Shown here one piece after another: positions 11,267-25,131 of a stretch of 64,000 bases of DNA. The notes under the pieces are model-generated. The model had not been told where the DNA came from. It did not search any database and saw only the letters and a program-made list of their open reading frames with translations. Position 1 is the first letter of the stretch; each line of letters opens with the position of its first letter. Both the position numbers and the translations under genes were made by a program. The stretch is from Tubulanus polymorphus (taxonomy: Eukaryota > Animalia > Nemertea): positions 20,544,210-20,608,209 of the forward strand of contig NC_134030.1 in the NCBI RefSeq assembly GCF_964204645.1. The letters run 5' to 3'.

Positions 11267-14200
11267 AAATAACGGGGACGATATGAACATCTTGCAAGTT
11301 CACAAAAAATATTTTGTAGTGGCAATACAGTCGTCCTCTGACCTACGATAGACTTTTGAAGTTAAATCAATGTTTTTTACACTCTGGCGTAATATTAATC
11401 GTTGTTGCTCGGTCGGATGATTGAACACAGTTAATATTATCCAGCGCACAACAGTCGCCACATTACCGATATTCATCCAGTATTCCTGTTCCGTCGATAT
11501 GGACTGTGCGGCTACGTATAATCCTGGACTCGAGTCCATGGTATGATGAGGGACCTGCGATACAGCCTTTTTTTTCTTGCACATCCGCGTTCACGCCTCA
11601 CCGAGAGCTCCGGTCAAATTGAACAATGCCTAGAGAGTATATTTCCACATTCATATGAATTATTTACCAATATTAAGATAAAATCCCCCTAATTACAAAT
11701 TAAAATAATTCTAAAATCGAGAATTTATTTATTGAAACAATCTAAAATATATGAACACGACGTTTCGATCTCACCCTAGAGATATCTCTCTTCGACCGAT
11801 GTTGCACCATAGAAGATCTGATTCTTTCAACTCAAGGAAAGTGATTCAACACGATCGACATAACACTGGAATAGGTTTGCAGTAACTAACGGTTCAATTC
11901 ATTTAGTCCTATGTACTTTTTAGCCAATTTGGATTTGATTGTAATTGAAACTCTGGAACAAAAGACAAGTTGAAAAAACACAAGTTATGCTTGATTCTCA
12001 TGTTCAAATTTAATTCAAATTCAAATTTATTTTATTACATCATATTTACAAAACATATCATTGGTTCATACAGTAATAAAAATTAGGACAGAACAAATAT
12101 TATTACAGAATTTCCAAAAAGGCAATGAATTTCTATTACTAAATGAACATTATTTTTCTAATAACTCAGATCAAGTGTGACTTTCCCGTTTATTAGGAAA
12201 CACACGCAAATAGTGGAATAGGTTTGATTTACACACATGTTGCAGGTATCAATTGTTTATCGCTATAGAATTTGTAATCCATAAAAGCCAAAATCAACAT
12301 CAGCCGGAAACCCAGACCAGATCAATTCATAATTTATTGATTGAATCTACACTACAATATATGTATTTATTCAAATATTTCAATGAAAATATTAACTTCT
12401 TAAATCTATTCTCAATCATAATACGTTCTTATCTGTGAATTCACTCAATCTATCGACTCAGCAGGTGCTTAAGATGAGTTCTTAATAGGACAGATCCATT
12501 TTTAAGCGTGGTGATAATACAGTATCATGATGTTTGAATGCCAAAATAAATGCCTGGTCAAATAAATTAATATTTGTTGATTATACGTCCGCGTATGTTC
12601 GGTTTCAAAGCTGATCATATTTGACGTTTACACAGTGGTAGCATATTAGGTTCGAATCTGTCTAGCATTTTATTCTATGTATCGATATTTCAATTTAATA
12701 CAATTCCCATCTTTCTGAATGGCTTTGCAGAAAACCCGTCATCGCTGCTTCGCAGCTATATTTGACTGTTTTTTTTGTTCTTTCCCCTCTTTCACGTGAC
12801 CTTTCAACGAGGTACAAAAGTCAACCTCGTTTAAGTCTTTATCAGAGGAGTCATGAAGTATCTATGTGCAATTTTCTGGAGCGATAACATGTTTACGATT
12901 AGATTTTTATTGACTATTGTCAATTCGATTATACATAGGCTACGCGTACTAGCGCGCACACGTCCTTGTGTTGTTTGTCATAGTTAACATCATAAATAGC
13001 GCCACCCGCGGGTTGAATATGAACTATACGCACGGAGTGAAGGATATATAGATAACTATTCCGCTAACTATTACAGCTTATTCATACTCCTTTTTTCAAT
13101 AAGTAACATCTCAGGTCGTTATATGTATACTAAAATTTCTTCTGGTTAAGAAATCACGGAAAGTACAATTTTGATGGCATTTGCCCTTTAAGATTTTAGA
13201 CCACTTTTGGACTTAAGACTCGACTATGGAACTGGCCACTGGAGATTATATGCCATTTTAGACTGCATTTGTTTGAAACTGTGTAGTTTAGATGTTTTGG
13301 CTTTTGCAAATGAGTGATTCTTTATTTAGTCTTGATTCTGCCCACTTAACCTTCTATGAATCGAAACTCTGAAAAAAAACTCACGCCCTCGTCCCGTACA
13401 AGTTATATACGTATAAGTGAATAATCCTTGGATTTAAAAAGAAACAATTCAGCCGCCCTCGTCATGTCTAGAAAAGAGGTTTGGATGAGAAAGGTATTAA
13501 CTTTGATTGGCCTAATATTTATTGTACATTATCGTACTGTTTTTGCGCTCGAAGGTGTCGCTTTGCTAATTTGCACTCTATTTGGTGTTCGATGGGGGCA
13601 AATTACGGGGTGCTCCGGCTTGCAGACGAACATGTCAGTTGTTCTTTGCGGTCGGTCAGCTGACCACCTCGTTCATCAGATTTACCACCACATTACCACC
13701 ACTTTCCTTCGGGTATCTGAAACAAAGAATTATTATCTGAAATAAATCGAACCGAAATTTACGTTGCCATGGAAACGTAAAAATTGGATGGTTGCCATAG
13801 AGATCCAAGCTGGCTCCCCTTCTAAAATTGATTGTTAAGTTTGTATGAACATCTGGGCCAATTTTCGTGATTTTGTCCACCCGGTAACAATATGACTCAA
13901 AATTGTCGATAAGCCACCCTACTAAAATGGACGAGACCGACCCTGGTATGCGATTAACAGATAAATGCGAGATATAGAAGTTCTCTATAGTCTTTCATCG
14001 ATACAATATTTCAGTTAAATTTTCGAACTGATTAGATACAGCGTTTCCCACGTCCATACATTTCAGGTTTTTAAAATACTTAAGTAATAATCCATCAATT
14101 TTATTAGTTTACCGCATATCTAGCCTGTGCATTACTTTTTTTAGAAAACGTGGTCCCTGGGACTTTGTCAACCAGGCCATAACAGACCTGGAGCTGATTA

Positions 14201-15054
14201 CAAATTTCATTGCAATTTACAAAAGTGACCCGTTCACCCGACATAATTAATTCTAGCCAAAATAACAGATAAGTATTTATCTGACCTCCATGCTCATTGA
14301 GTTTTTCCGTATGAGGTAATCCAATTTGACGTGATGCCAAAACAATTTGTGCAATTGCAAATATCCACAATTACATGGATGAAGAAAAATAAAACAATTG
14401 CATTAGACACTAAGGTATTTCCATTCGTTTAAAAACATAGATATTGGTGGGAAAAAATGTTATCCACGAGAAATGATTTTTTTTTAAAGTTCGAAATGAA
14501 CTCTAGTAGTATTTTACCTTTTATACCAGTGGAAGCTTGAATTACAGATTAACCGGTATGAAAATGTTTGGTAATTTAGATTATACATAATTTAAAGATT
14601 CAAACTGCCCTAACGTAAGTCCAAGTTCAATACTGCCTGATTCTTCGATTCAAAACCCTACCTTTTATAAGCGCGTTCACCCCTTATTCATAAATCAGCA
14701 TAAAATTTTTCACTGTCGATAAAAAGTGTTTCGTAATTTTCAGTAATGACAAAAGTAACATATTATATACTAATGTATGATAGTGTAATTAACAGTAGTT
14801 ATAATGATGATACTCAATGATCAAGAGAAGACATGATAATTATCACAAATTGCTGACAAGCGATTGCAATAGGATATCAATTAATTCGATTTTCTAACTC
14901 AAACAGAAATCATAGGCTTCAGTTGATTCCAGTAAGAAGCAGTTTACTGTATTTGTTAGCTGTTACGAGGGTTTGTTTAAACCTGACCTAACTTAAGTTT
15001 CATAAAAAAAGTTAAAATGTACACCAAATGTAGAATGCAGTTAAGTAGTGAGTA

Positions 15055-15470
15055 TCGGTGATGGTGGGGAGTGTAGTGATGTTGTAGAGTAATGATCGAG
15101 AGGATGATAATGGAACTGTTTATAGTCATGAGGATGTAGATGGCGGTGATGGTGGAGAGTGAAGTGCCGGTGGACATTGTAGTGATGTTGTAGAGTAATG
15201 ATCGAGAGGATGATGATGGAATTGTAATGTCATGAGGATGTAGATGGCGGTGATGGTGGATAGTGAAGTGCCGGTGTAGATTGTAGTGATGTTGTAGAGT
15301 AATGATCAAAAGGATGATAATGGAACTGTATAGTCATGAGGATGTAGATAGCGTGATGGTGGATAGTGAAGTGCCGGTGGACATTGCAGTGATGTCGTAG
15401 AGTAATGATGGGGAGGATGATGATGGAATTGTATAGTCATGATGATGTAGATGGCGTGATGGTGATAATG
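15055..15470. repeat. GAT/GGT-rich degenerate tandem repeat (~100-110 bp units)
   Basis: Recurrent gtagtgatgttgtagagtaatgatcgagaggatgat..gaagtgccggtg blocks. Confidence 0.85.
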
Positions 15471-15606
15471 GCGGGTCTTAACACTTACCGTCATTAGTTT
15501 TTATGACTGGGTAATGTAGGTTCCGGTCACGCGATTGGTACTGTCCGTTGTTGTTTCTAAACTAAGCCTCCTCTCACGAATATGCCTATAACGGAACTTT
15601 TGTTAG

Positions 15607-15770
15607 GTGGCATATAGATTTCTTAGGACATCTTGGGACATAGCCCCATCTAATGAGAAATACGTGCTATTAGTAGTTGATAGCTATTCTCGATGGTGGG
15701 AAGGTTTCGCTCTTAAATCTCAAGAGGCCACAGAGGTAGCTAAGGTGCTTTATAACGAAATTTTTTATTT
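15607..15770 (+). mobile_element. Ty3/Gypsy integrase fragment
   Basis: KYVLLVVDSYSRWWEGFALKSQEATEVAKVLYNE matches the rve integrase core. Confidence 0.75.
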
Positions 15771-18089
15771 CCGTGTTGAGCAACATGGATTACGTCTCGA
15801 CTCGCAGCGTTGGTTCAGTCAGCCTCGTGGTATTGGCAGCATCGCGGATTTAGATGAATCCGCACCGATTATTAGTCTTGACGACCTTGATCAAACTACT
15901 GTAGCCAACGCGTCGCCCATACAACACGACATTGGGGAATTTAACTAATTTGCTAAACGATTGTTACAGTAAAACTAAGCCGGTGTTTCGAATGAAACCT
16001 AAGAGGCCACGACAGGATAACAAGATTTGGTTTGGCCCCGAATGTAAGTGTAAAAGGCTCGAATACCAAAAAAATCGTACAAAAGATCCGCGCGGAAATA
16101 TAAGAAACGAAGTTCCATAACGATCTACGATCCCAGTCGAATAACCCGAGAAAATTCTGGTCGATGTTGAACAGAGATCAGATGAATGGAGACGAAAGTA
16201 ACATCGACATCGAAACGCTGACGAAACACTTCGAACAATTAAACTCTACTGATCATACAGACATAGAAGACGAAATCATCATTCCGCCCGAAACAAATGC
16301 CCAAATTAACTGTCCGATAAGTGAGAGTGAAACACTCAATGCAATCAAGAAACTCAAAAACAATAAGGCCGTCGGTATAGACTCAATCCAAAACAAACAA
16401 TTAAAATTTAGTAGCGAAAAAATGTTATCCCTATATACAGAATTTTTCAATTTAGGTCTTGAAACGAGGTTAGTTCCAGAATCATGGGTAACAGGAAGAA
16501 TTAAGCCATTGTATAAAAATAAGGGTAATCGTCGTGGTCCGGACAACTACCGTGGCATCACTTTGCTGAGTTGTGTGGGTAAATTATTTAAATCGATTGA
16601 ATGCACGTTTAAATGAGTATTCCGAAAGCGTGCGGTTGTTAAACGAAAATCAGGCTGGTTTTTGGAGAAAACATTCTACCGCAGACCATATTTTCACACT
16701 AAAAGCACTTGTGGATATCGTAATAGCCTACAAAAAATCGTTCTATTGTTGCTTTGTGGATTATAAAAAGGCGTTGATACTGTGCCCCATTCTGAACTAT
16801 GGTCTACGCTCATGAAAAATAATTTGGACGGAAAAGTATTTACAGTTATCAGAAATATGTATAGTATCGCGAAATCTTGCGTTTTTGATGGTAATGAATA
16901 TTCGGATTTCTTTAGTTGCAACATAGGTGTCAGGCAGGGCAAGAATTTGTCACTTCAGAATCGCTTCAAAAATTTAGAACTTTTCCCGTATGGTTTTAAA
17001 ATGGGTGACGAAATAGATGAGTTGGTTAACATGCTCAAATTGGCAATCCTTTTGTACGCTGATGACACAATAATAATGTCAGACAGTGCTAAAAATCTAC
17101 AACAAGGACTCAATTGTTTAGGCCAATATTGTGCAAAAAATAAGATCGCGGTCAATGTGAGAAAAACATATATATATTATTGTTATATTCAATAAAGGAA
17201 CCAACAAAACAAATGAATTACTACAATTCACGCTTAATAATGAAACTGTTGAAGTCACCGATCAGTATCCGTACCTAGGTATCATATTTAAAAAAATGGT
17301 AATTTCGCTTAGACTAGAAAGAATTTATATGACAAAGCACAGCGCGCCATGTTCGCACTGATAAATAAAACTAGGTATCTCAAATTGCCTCTAGATATGC
17401 AATTTAAGTTGTTTGATGCACTAGTTACACCAATAATTCTATACGGATCCGAATTATGGGGGTTTGAGGACACACATTCAACCGAACTTTTACATTTAAA
17501 ATTTTAAAGTATGCAATGAATTTGAAATCGACAACTCCTTCTGTTATTGTGTATGGTGAAACAGGTAGATTACCATTAAACATTCAGATAAAACTACGTA
17601 TGATTAATTACTGGTGCAAAATGGTAACGTGTAAAAAAATTCGAAAATCAATTAAATAATGTATGGTATTTTGTTCAATCTGTATAGAAATAACCAACTT
17701 AGCTCAAAATGGATTGAATCCATTCATAACATATTAAATGATTGTAACTTAGGTTACGTATGGACGATCCAAGATCCAGTAGATGTCAATGGTTTAAATA
17801 ATTATATGAAAATATAGCTGCAAAGCAGCGATAACGGGTTTTCTGCACAGTCTTAGAATCCTGTTCAACGGTGTATTTCGACAAAGCATTTGATAAGGCA
17901 CAACATCAGCCATTACTAACTAAACAGGCTATTAGGAAACAGTATCAATGATAGGTCGCCCAAATGGCTCAGCAGTTATCTCTGAACGAAAACTTGTAGC
18001 CGAAATCAACGGAACGCCTCATTTTGGAATAAGTCGGTCTAACTAGTGGAGATCCTAAGTCGTCTTCTGTTTAATGTCCTGACAAATGA

Positions 18090-18700
18090 CATACACAGTA
18101 ATCCAAAATATACCAGACCGAGTAAATTTCCAAAACGACCTTAACACGCTGTTCGACCAAAAAACTTAATGTTCCGACAAGGAAATCGTGTTCGAGTGAA
18201 AACAATTCAGTTTGGTTGAACAATACGCTTTTTTTAACCAAAACTTTCTTCATTCTGACAAAAAATGTGTTCGAATAAAAAGCTATGTTATTGTTGAAAT
18301 TAAAAACTTTTTGTCCCGGCAAAAAAATTTGGTTGAGCGAAAACAATTTTTCCGAACGAATGTTGTGAATGAAAACAATTCTGTTCGATTGAACGAAATA
18401 CTTAATACTTTTGGTTCGGAGAAAAAACTTTTTACAATATACTTGTTCGAACGAAAAACTTAATGTTCAGACAAGAAAATTCAGTTCAAATTAAAACGAT
18501 TCTGTTCGATCGAACGATTGTTCGAACGAAAAACCTTTCGTTTAGAAAAAAAAAGTTTGTTCTACTTTGTTCAAACGATTTTTCAAATTGGTTCAATCGA
18601 AAAGAATATTATTGATTTGAACGAAATAAATTTTGTTCCGACGAAAGAATTTTCAAGCGAAAGGTCTTTTGAACGAAAAAAAGATATTTCTGGGGCTCCG
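18090..18700. repeat. Degenerate ttcgaacgaaaa-type repeat tract
   Basis: Many variants of tgttcgaacgaaaaa. Confidence 0.7.
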
Positions 18701-18710
18701 CAGTAACTTA

Positions 18711-19028
18711 AAGCCGGACGTAGGTTGGTCTTGTGACACGATGCGATCCTCGCGTTGCATCGCAAGTTTCGGTGCAAGTCGGTTGCAATACGATTGTGTG
18801 CGACTAGTTTCTGCCAGTCGCAAGAGCGCGTAGGTCGGTTGTGACAGTCGTGTCGCGTCGCAGAAAGTAGAACGCGTGTGACTCCTTGTGACTGGCGTTG
18901 CTGACAGTCGCAACCCGTCGCAAGGGAGCGTAGGTCGATGAGTCGTTGTGACACAATCGTCGCTGGCGGTCGCAGTGAATGGCGTCGCAGTGCGTCACAA
19001 GTCGTTGCAAAGCCGACCTACGCCCGCC
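18711..19028. mobile_element. MITE with imperfect TIRs, flanked by TTAA (Kolobok-like)
   Basis: ttaa|agccggacgtaggttggtcttg ... gcaaagccgacctacgcccgcc|ttaa, with internal gtcgca repeats. Confidence 0.6.
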
Positions 19029-21014
19029 TTAACTTATTAGGAATTAATGAAATACCAGTTTCATATATGATGAAAAAACTCAAATGAAAAGTCTTATAAA
19101 GCTGTCTGCTCAGACGAAATTTTCAAAAAAAAAATCTTCATTTTTGCCAATAAAATAGATAATTGTGATTGATCGTTGCAAGTCAGAACCAGTTAATGAC
19201 TAATTAACATGCATTTTAATAAATCTGGTTCCTCCTATACAGTGAACTTAGCTTTAACCTAGTAGAGGCTACTAGCCTATGTAGGCCTATGTATATGCGT
19301 AGGCCTAACATCCGGACAGATTGGTCGTAGGCCTATTGAATAACAACCCTCCTAAATATCTTAAATTTTGTTTTGAAGTTCAATCCAATGAGTCCGTTAA
19401 TAACCGCAACATTTATACTGTGTTTGTTTGAGACAGTAAATGTCAGTACCGGTAGGCCTAAAGCCTTAAGGTCGCGTAAAACTCGATAAACACTTCAAGC
19501 GACACAGCGAACGATCTCCTTTCCCCCACAGCGAACGCTTACTCCGAATGTCAAGTGTGAGTCCAGCATAAGGATAGGAGTATGTTATATACTTGTATTT
19601 AGTAAATACCTTGTGCATTTGACAATGATCGGTATGTACTGTAGGAAATATAGAGTATTGATGGTATTGAAATAGAGGTTGAAGCCCGCGGCCGAATAAA
19701 GTAATATATTCTTTTATTTTGATACCTCGTCGACATAACAGCTTTTCTCCGCTATATCTCTTCGGCGTGTTTAGTTTAGGCCTACGACTCCCCGGTACAC
19801 TTAAGATTTATCTTAGTAAATACACGGTTAATTTGGTAAAGAAAAATAGGTATTGTTAAACTCGCAGCTGATCCCCGGAACGACGATGTAGTAACACACG
19901 TCGATTCGTCGATGTTTACGGCTCGAAAGTGCTTTTAAAATCTAAAGAAGTAAATTTCCAGTGTATCGGTAATATGATTTGATGGGGAAAATGGGCTATT
20001 GTTAAATTACTGTTTGAAGACCGCGGCTGAATGTGAAGTCTGCGGCAATAAATTAGTTCATTTATACTTGAATTGATAATCGAAGTGACAGTCGGCCTGC
20101 GGGTTGATTTCGGGATGACGACTCGAAAAACATGTCGCCCCATTGGATGGGGCTAAATTTTAGATGTTTACGGCCCGACAGTGCTTTTGTAACGATGATT
20201 CGTAAAAAACACGCGGAGTATTTGTAGATCTCAGTGAGCTGAACGATATCATACGGATTGTATCGACAACAGCGGCAAGGTAACAAAGCCTTAGTTCTTT
20301 TAGTGAAAATAGTGTGACATAAAATAATAATAATAAGAAACACGCGAATCTCAATAGGGTTTTCTGTGATGTAACAGAAAACCCTAATTATTCCTTAAAG
20401 ATCAATTTATTCAACATTGGCGGAACGAAATGTCTACAAAAGATAGATACCCTTTGTAATTATAGACTGATTAAAAAGAATTTTGAATTTGAAAAATTCC
20501 TTATTGAGTTACCGTCGAAATGCTGTAACTATTTGCTACGATACCGTGCCAATAATCATTATTTTCCGATTGAGAAGGACAGATATACGAAAAAGAAAGA
20601 AGAAAGACTATGTACAATATGTAATTCAGACGATATCGGTGATGAATACCACTACTTAATGATTTGTCATTCTCACACCGAGCTGAGAAGAAGACACATA
20701 ACTAGTTATTATAACGATAATCCCTCCGAGCTAAAATATTACGAGTTATTGAATACGAATGATCCGAAATTATTAATGAATATAATTGATATGTTGAAAT
20801 GTTCTGTAAATATTTAGTTTTTTAAATAGTGTGTTGATATAAATGTTTTTCTATATCCTTATACAATTGACATTGTCAGGATGAATAAAGTTATCTTAGT
20901 TACTTAGTTAGTCTTTGAAATGCGTCAAGATGAACATCCAAATCTGTCAACCAACGTATTATATGGAATAATTTTCCTACACCCTTGTACTATTACCCAG
21001 TATTCCAATAAATT

Positions 21015-21660
21015 GTCTACTCACCAATTCATAAGTGTAGCTTTTTGGACTATTTCGATCAGTTATCTTCTACTTATGAATATCATCTGCTGCATTCAGA
21101 TCTATCGGGCCAGGTTGGTTTAATCAGCAGCATGCACATTTGACGGAAATCAGGTTCTGGGGAAGTGAAGATGGTCTGCAGTACACAATATTGCAATCAG
21201 GTCTTGGTCAGAATCTGACCTGAAAAAAATGACGAATTCAAAACATTACAACTGACTTTATATCGACTCGGCGATCTAATATTTGAATAAAGGTTTTTCT
21301 AGATACCTGAGTGAAAATTCGAGTCGCGTGAAAATCCTGTAGCAAGTTTGTAGAGTTATTGTATTTAAGTCCGGTAAACCTGCACCGCAGAGAACCACAG
21401 AGAAGCGTCACTTCTCAACATCGCAAATCACTAATGAAATCATTGGCTCTAAGACAGCTGGATCATTTGATCTCACGCCGATCCCTTCGTTTTAGAGTCC
21501 ATGATGAAATCTAGCTAGTGTGAACGCGATTGGGCCTATGTGCACCTGCTCTGTGAATGGTCTAATCCTCAGAACTGATGCTATTCAAACCGATGCATTC
21601 ATAGATTATCGCATTCAAAAAGGACAATGTATCCCTATGAACACAATGTGAACTGGTTCC
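21015..21660 (-). repeat. Inverted paralog of 2773-3440; further paralogous pieces at ~14180-14930
   Basis: Reverse-complement matches, e.g. aatcctcagaactgatgctattcaaaccga vs tcggtttgaatagcatcagttctgaggatt, and tctactcaccaatt vs aattggtgagtaga. Confidence 0.8.
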
Positions 21661-22659
21661 GTCATAAGGCAATTCAACGGACAGTGAAAATAGTCTAGGA
21701 CACCAGCGCGACTAGCTGGATAATGCCATATCGACCCAATACATATTTTACTGAAAAATTGTTCAAACACGTACAATATATACAGAAGAGGCTACCTGAC
21801 CCTGTTTGAGGCAGAGTCTTTGCAAAATCTTTGCAGCACCATTGCAATCGATTATCATCGGCATTTTAAATTGATTCCACGGTATACCTCAAATCAACTG
21901 GGCATTAGTTGAACACAAATCCTCGAGTTGGTTACAGTTTATGTGTCGGTTTTCAGTTTAAGTTTATTGTTCCACAATTAATACTTAATGCACGGAGCAC
22001 AGAGTAGTTTACAAAATAATAACAACAGCATATTACACTATTGATACCAAAAAAGTTACAAGATGGAATATCGCAACTTTAAACATATGATGATAAACCA
22101 TTTTTAACAAATAATGCGAAATCACTCAAGACTTTACTTGTAGAATTTATAAAGTCGTGAAAATTGGCCTCGTAATCTCCAAAAGCGAGCGTGGATAAAT
22201 TTTAGACGTATATCCGAAAGATGTGCAATTTGATATGTATTGTAGGCTATACAGAATTCCTCGCATTGATAACAACAAAAACGTTGAAGTGATTCTGAAT
22301 TTCACCTTTTCTTTCGCGCGTTCAAAGTCAAATCGACACTTTTCGATGGATTTACGTGACCAATTTCTGGCTGCCGATCAAATCTGCGATAACAATTTGA
22401 AGACTGCCTTGATATGAACTATTATGAATAGTGAATCTTGTTCAGATGCCTTTAAAGTGGTATAAGGATGGTAATTTCGAGGAAAAACTGCAGTAACGTA
22501 TGATATATTCAAGTGAAGCAGAAAAAATCTACCGAAGGATTTCTTGTTGACCAATTTCTGCAATGCACTGCTGTACTTATCTACGCTCAAATGGAGTAAC
22601 GTATGGATAATTTTATTGTGTGTATCTGGGTCCAAAGTTGAGAAATCAAGAGGTCGGTA

Positions 22660-22900
22660 CGATAACCACACTACAACGTGGTGAACAGATGATACGATAA
22701 AAACCCACCATTTAAAAATTAAATGAAATCTATAATAGAAAATATAAGAACACGACGTTTCGATCTCACACTATCTCACACCCGACGATGATCTCTAGTG
22801 TGAGATCGAAACGTCGTGTTCTTATATTTTAGATTGTTTCAATTAATAAATTCTCGATTTTAGATTTCTTTTAATTTTTAAATAGTGGGTTTTTATCTTA
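22660..22900. mobile_element. Penelope-like palindromic element with a mutated hammerhead core
   Basis: Head-to-head arms; the core reads CCGACGA instead of CTGACGA. A truncated relative lies at 11670-11785. Confidence 0.7.
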
Positions 22901-23939
22901 AAATCAAGAGGTTCTTTCTTTCCGACTTTTCTTCCGTTGTGTGGAAGCCTAGCACAATAAGCAATTTAGTTTAACCGCCCACAAGACGCGGGCCCAGCCT
23001 TTTGTCGAGTTTAAAATGAAAATTCCCTCGTTTTAAAAAATCTAAAGGTGATTTCATACTAAGGGATTCTAACCCTTTAGACAAATTCAAAAGATACAGG
23101 GGATGGCTTTTTACTATCTGCGTTATTTAACAACATTGCCTAAAATTCACTTATATCGTGACTAAACCAATAATGATTCGTAATAATTACTATGATTTAT
23201 GAAAAAAAACTAGAATGAACGGTTTGATCGCGAATTCTAGAAATAATTAGCAGCAGCGGAATTGGTCCATAATCAGAAAAAAAGATCTTTGTCATCGATC
23301 CTAGAATCAGATATTTTGATTGCTATTTGGATTAATATTATTATCAAATGATTATTGGTTTGCATAGGTTTGTTTGCAGGCAATTGGATCATTAGATTTA
23401 TCGCCCAATAAGCTGTTAGTATCACCAATGTGTACGCCATGGTCATCCATTTCATACGTAGGCTATAATGAAAAACAATAAACCAAGCATTAAGTTTCGA
23501 TCATCCGTGAGTGAAATATCGAACTAGGTACTAATCCGGATCGGTTTGATACCGATTTTCAATTATTCCAATTACATCCCAATTATAATACTATTGTAAA
23601 GACCACTACAAACAAGTCATAGCCAAATTAATCCTGCCAAAGAAATAAGAAATTGTCAAAGAAATTGTATTTCAGAACAGATCGGAACATGTCATGAGCT
23701 ACAACTTAATTTGCAAATAAATGTGGACCTTACAAAATATGAATATTTACAAAACATGCATAGGTGCCAGTTGTGCGAATCCGATAGTTCGGCAGTCTTC
23801 AACTCCTTCCACGAGTCATTTTGATTGAAACAACAACTGAGATTTCGAGATGCTCCCTGAAGAGGTTTGAGTTACTTTGTCTAGCCCATCCTAAAATTGG
23901 AACTGTGATTGTTCACGCCATATTATATAACTTAATCCA

Positions 23940-24990
23940 CATTTATTCAGGATGCGTTCAACATTGATTATACATTTAGGATGATAATGACCTTAAGAAG
24001 AATTTTGATTTTGTTCACTTTGTTTTAGTCAACACAGCTAACCATTCTTGCCAAGTAACTTTTAATATTCCTCTATTAACATATATTTCAACTGGATGCT
24101 CTATATACTCTATTAGAGGGCGGTATTATTTTCAAGCCTAACATATGTCTTATGGATTTTAGATGTAGCCTTTCAAAACATTTATAATACTCAAAACCCC
24201 AAAACTTACAGCAACTACAGGAACTATACAGCACAATAGGTAGGACTGGCTTTACAAGTTCAAGTTGGAGGTCGATAGGTAAATTCAATGATCTAAATCC
24301 ATGCAAAAGCCCGAACATTTGTGCATGATCACGTATTTGGACTATTGCTTGAGTAAAGTTACCGTTTTTTTTAAATGTAACGCCGATATTTCAATTTGTT
24401 CAAGTTATATTTCGCTTGAATCAAATTGGTGACATGGCTTTTTGTTACAGCCGATGAAAATAAGAAGCTTATTGTTTTGCATAAGTTGAGTGATGATTTG
24501 TTTATCGTACTGTACTCATTTAAACAACTTTAGCACTTCTATATCTGCTCAGCTGATTCGGTATACCTTGGAGTGATCATTTGAAATTAATGGTAGAACG
24601 ATATGATAAGATAAAAATCCACTGTCTACAGATTAAAGAATGTCAAAATCAAGAAGTTTATTTATTCGAACAATCTTAAATATATAAAACACACCTGACG
24701 ATGATCTCTAGGGTGAGATCGAAACGTCGTGTATTTTATTTATTTTAGATTGTTCGAATAAACAAATTTCTTGATTTTGAAATTCTTTTAATTTGTAGAT
24801 AGTGGGTTTTTGTTTTATATTCCAAGGTATGCTGTGTTATCAGCATATGCCAATGTAATAAGTTTTAATTAGCATGACATTAATCAGTATTCTCCCCCAT
24901 TTTAAAACCGCATGGGAATCCTTAAGGTTGGAACAGCCATTATGAATCTAAATAGAATTATTCAAAGTCATTTAAATACACTACAAATAA
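23940..24990 (-). mobile_element. Old LINE fragment, related to the 15915-20912 family
   Basis: LAYADNT..; LNLPIDLQLELVKPVLPIVLY..FWGFE..ERLHLK. Interrupted by a ribozyme-bearing element. Confidence 0.7.
24600..24826 (+). mobile_element. Penelope-like foldback element with a minimal type I hammerhead ribozyme (24691-24732)
   Basis: acac-CTGACGA-tGATCTCtagggtGAGATC-GAAA-c-GTC-gtgt, between ~85-bp inverted AT-rich arms. Confidence 0.8.
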
Positions 24991-25131
24991 AAATGAATAA
25001 ATCATGGATCTGAATCATAAGTCAAATACTGTCCATAATACAAATAATGTCCAAATCGACCGCATTTGATTTCGCAGGATTATTGTTATGTTTTTAGTTT
25101 CAAGGTTAAAAGAACTTACCGGGACCGGAAT

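Larger units (their letters stand above)
17812..20390 (-). mobile_element. Non-autonomous Helentron/DINE-like element nested in the LINE
   Basis: One end is the hairpin tagggttttctgt..acagaaaacccta (20355-20388). The other end is the sub-terminal IR plus atatagctgcaaagcagcgataacgggttttctg (17812-17845). The same end motif recurs at 12727-12762. Confidence 0.65.
15915..20912 (+). mobile_element. Degenerate LINE (RT plus C-terminal zinc-knuckle-like motif), split by an insertion at ~17812-20390
   Basis: NYRGITLLSCVGKLF, ENQAGF, GVRQG and LLYADDT, with frameshifts. Resumes at ~20391 (LKDQFIQHW..RLCTICNSDDIGDEYHYLMIC) and ends with AATAAA and a ttag-repeat tail. Confidence 0.92.

Noticed and set aside
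14977-15494. His-rich ORFs
   Set aside because: Translations of a low-complexity tandem repeat.
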